Source: a bacterium (GTDB lineage Bacteria > Hinthialibacterota > Hinthialibacteria > Hinthialibacterales > Hinthialibacteraceae). Taken from it: 64,000 nucleotides of DNA. The notes under the pieces were generated by a model. The model did not search any database. It saw only the letters and a program-made list of their open reading frames with translations, and was not told the origin of the DNA. Below are positions 62,340-64,000 of this stretch, in pieces (the stretch's first letter is position 1; each line of letters begins with the position of its first letter). Both the position numbers and the translations under genes were made by a program. Where the stretch lies: positions 64,001 to 128,000 of the forward strand of contig CAXXSM010000122.1 in NCBI GenBank assembly GCA_963663405.2, given 5' to 3'.

Positions 62340-64000
62340 CTAATTTGTGATGGAGTAATTTAGTGTTCCGCTGGTTAAGGAGACGTTGCCGCCTTCGAAT
62401 CGGAGCGCGATGACTTTAAATCGGTAGGAATGACCATCTTGCGGACCTGCGATGAAATCCTCCGCGGTGAGGAAATCCTGCTTGGCATTCCACCAATAGT
62501 AATTGACATCGCCCGTGAATGTTTGGCCTAAGAATTGATAATCCCCGCCATCCACACTGACTTTGACATGGTAGGTATTCACCGCGGACGCTTCCAGGCC
62601 CATATTCCATGCGATCTGCAAGGCGTTCCAGGATGAACGATCCGTGTCGGATCCAGTCTGTCCGGATGGTGCGAGATTCTCTCCACCTAAAATATCATCA
62701 TAGACCGCGATAACGCCTTCAGGTAAGTACGGATTATCCGGCGCTGAGAGGGAAAGTTCGTTCCCTCCTTCAATATTGAATCCAACCGAGCCGGGGAGAG
62801 TGAAAAAGTCGTCGGGGGTGAGTTGGCCATCAATTCGCGCCACGCGGAATCGATAGACGGAATTGAAATCGGGGCCGTTCCTGTAATCCGCCGCAAGTCC
62901 AGACGCTTGGGCGAACCAGTTTAATATTGGCGAACTGGAGCCGGTGCGGCCCAGATATTTATACCCACCAAAACCTTTTCGCATATATACATGCCAATCC
63001 GTAGCTTCGGACGCGTCACCCGTGCAGTGGATTGTAAGATTTTGGTTGTCCAGGGAATCAAAGTCCGTCGTTCCTGTTAAATCACCCACCAATATATCAG
63101 CGTTATCAAAGACAAATACATATTGTTCTTCTCCTGGGATGGGAGTTGGTAAAGCGGGGGCTGTTGTGGGGGTGGGAGTTGGTGTTGATGTGTATTGAGT
63201 TATGTTTTCGCTGATGGCTATGGTTTCCTCCGCACCGGTCGTGCGATATCTTACAATGCCTTCGATCGCGGCCATTGAATCACCGCCATTTAGATTGACA
63301 CGGTAAGAAAGTGTTATTGGTGAGGATGGCACAACGAGCCACGTGAATTCCATTGCGCCAGACGCGCCTTGGGCTGGTGATATGGATGGATTTCCTGATA
63401 ATAGAGAATCGAAGGTCCAACTTGCGGGGAGTGTTTCCTGCAGGCCAAAAGCGGTGATGCCGCCATCGTGTGTGATGTCGATCGTAATCACTGCGCTGGA
63501 ACTGTCTATCGTTCTTTCTCTTACCGCTGTGATATTCGCCGCATTTGGATATACATCGCGTAATGAATTTCTGACGATTTTTCCACTCGTAACTGTCTTG
63601 CCTTGCGCAAATCCGTCTTCTCCAGTGGCGTCCACGTGATATCCGCCGGTGTTGTAAAACTGGATAAGCCGCAGTAATTCGGATTGGTTGATCTGCCAAT
63701 CCTGTGGATTGTAATCGCTGTGATGCGCCGCGCGGGAATGATTGTCGCCTAGACCGGGTTCGAATCCATCTTCTGTTGAAGTGGGGGTATCGGCGCAGTG
63801 GTATCCACCGGTGTTGTAGAACTGAATGACGCGCATTAATTCAGATTGTGAGATTTCATAATTCTGATCGGTGTCCGCGTTGTGATAGCCGAATGGATCG
63901 ATCTGGATTGTGAATGGAACCGATTGTTCATTCCCTTCCCGGCGGTAGATCACTTCGCCGCTTACGGTTTGCACGTCTATTGGATCGTCAGTCAGAAGGA
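62340..64000 (-). CDS. 3' part of a large surface protein with EF-hand/dockerin-like pair, PT linker and repeated Ig/FnIII-like domains
   Basis: H.AD.DQNYEISQSELMRVIQFYN twice, TPTPTPT linker and two GGY.YLG.T repeats; open to the window end. Confidence 0.8.
   Translation of the reverse strand, partial: LLTDDPIDVQTVSGEVIYRREGNEQSVPFTIQIDPFGYHNADTDQNYEISQSELMRVIQFYNTGGYHCADTPTSTEDGFEPGLGDNHSRAAHHSDYNPQDWQINQSELLRLIQFYNTGGYHVDATGEDGFAQGKTVTSGKIVRNSLRDVYPNAANITAVRERTIDSSSAVITIDITHDGGITAFGLQETLPASWTFDSLLSGNPSISPAQGASGAMEFTWLVVPSSPITLSYRVNLNGGDSMAAIEGIVRYRTTGAEETIAISENITQYTSTPTPTPTTAPALPTPIPGEEQYVFVFDNADILVGDLTGTTDFDSLDNQNLTIHCTGDASEATDWHVYMRKGFGGYKYLGRTGSSSPILNWFAQASGLAADYRNGPDFNSVYRFRVARIDGQLTPDDFFTLPGSVGFNIEGGNELSLSAPDNPYLPEGVIAVYDDILGGENLAPSGQTGSDTDRSSWNALQIAWNMGLEASAVNTYHVKVSVDGGDYQFLGQTFTGDVNYYWWNAKQDFLTAEDFIAGPQDGHSYRFKVIALRFEGGNVSLTSGTLNYSITN

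Noticed and set aside
1-64000. Retron, DGR or other reverse-transcriptase system
   Set aside because: No RT ORF (YADD-type motif) seen, and repeat pairs show no adenine-specific TR/VR pattern.

Overview
A heavily rearranged accessory region from a bacterium with PVC/Hydrogenedentes/Sumerlaeota-like protein families (taxonomy is inference). (1) 1-16.2 kb: right end of an integrative element at a tRNA-Trp 3'-half att site, with a tyrosine integrase, a P27-type terminase small subunit remnant, a pentapeptide-TIR gene and a broken class I DISARM operon. drmD, drmMI, drmB and drmC are present; drmA is absent at an ISL3 junction. (2) 16.4-33.8 kb: FG-GAP and SagB-type genes among many mobile elements (ISNCY/IS5-like remnant, ISL3, IS3, a Tn3-family transposon with a tyrosine resolvase and its MITE, ends of a second Tn3 type, a group IIC intron 5' fragment), an AbiE toxin-antitoxin pair and an orphan sigma-like operon. 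(3) 34-39.6 kb, the most unusual locus: a sigma-70/ECF-like protein with a duplicated N-domain, a TM helix and 12 tandem 15-aa peptides, followed by a cytoplasmic TPR gene and divergent from two secreted orphans. (4) tnpS-like recombinase, orphan antitoxin, tamAB. (5) 48.4-53.4 kb: an array of signal-peptide/partial-Hint polymorphic toxins with immunity genes, separated by REP-like hairpins. (6) An IS, GH62, GH2 and large surface proteins. Many 1-bp frameshifts in the first 13 kb may be long-read errors. All family calls come from motif recognition by eye; no database search was run.
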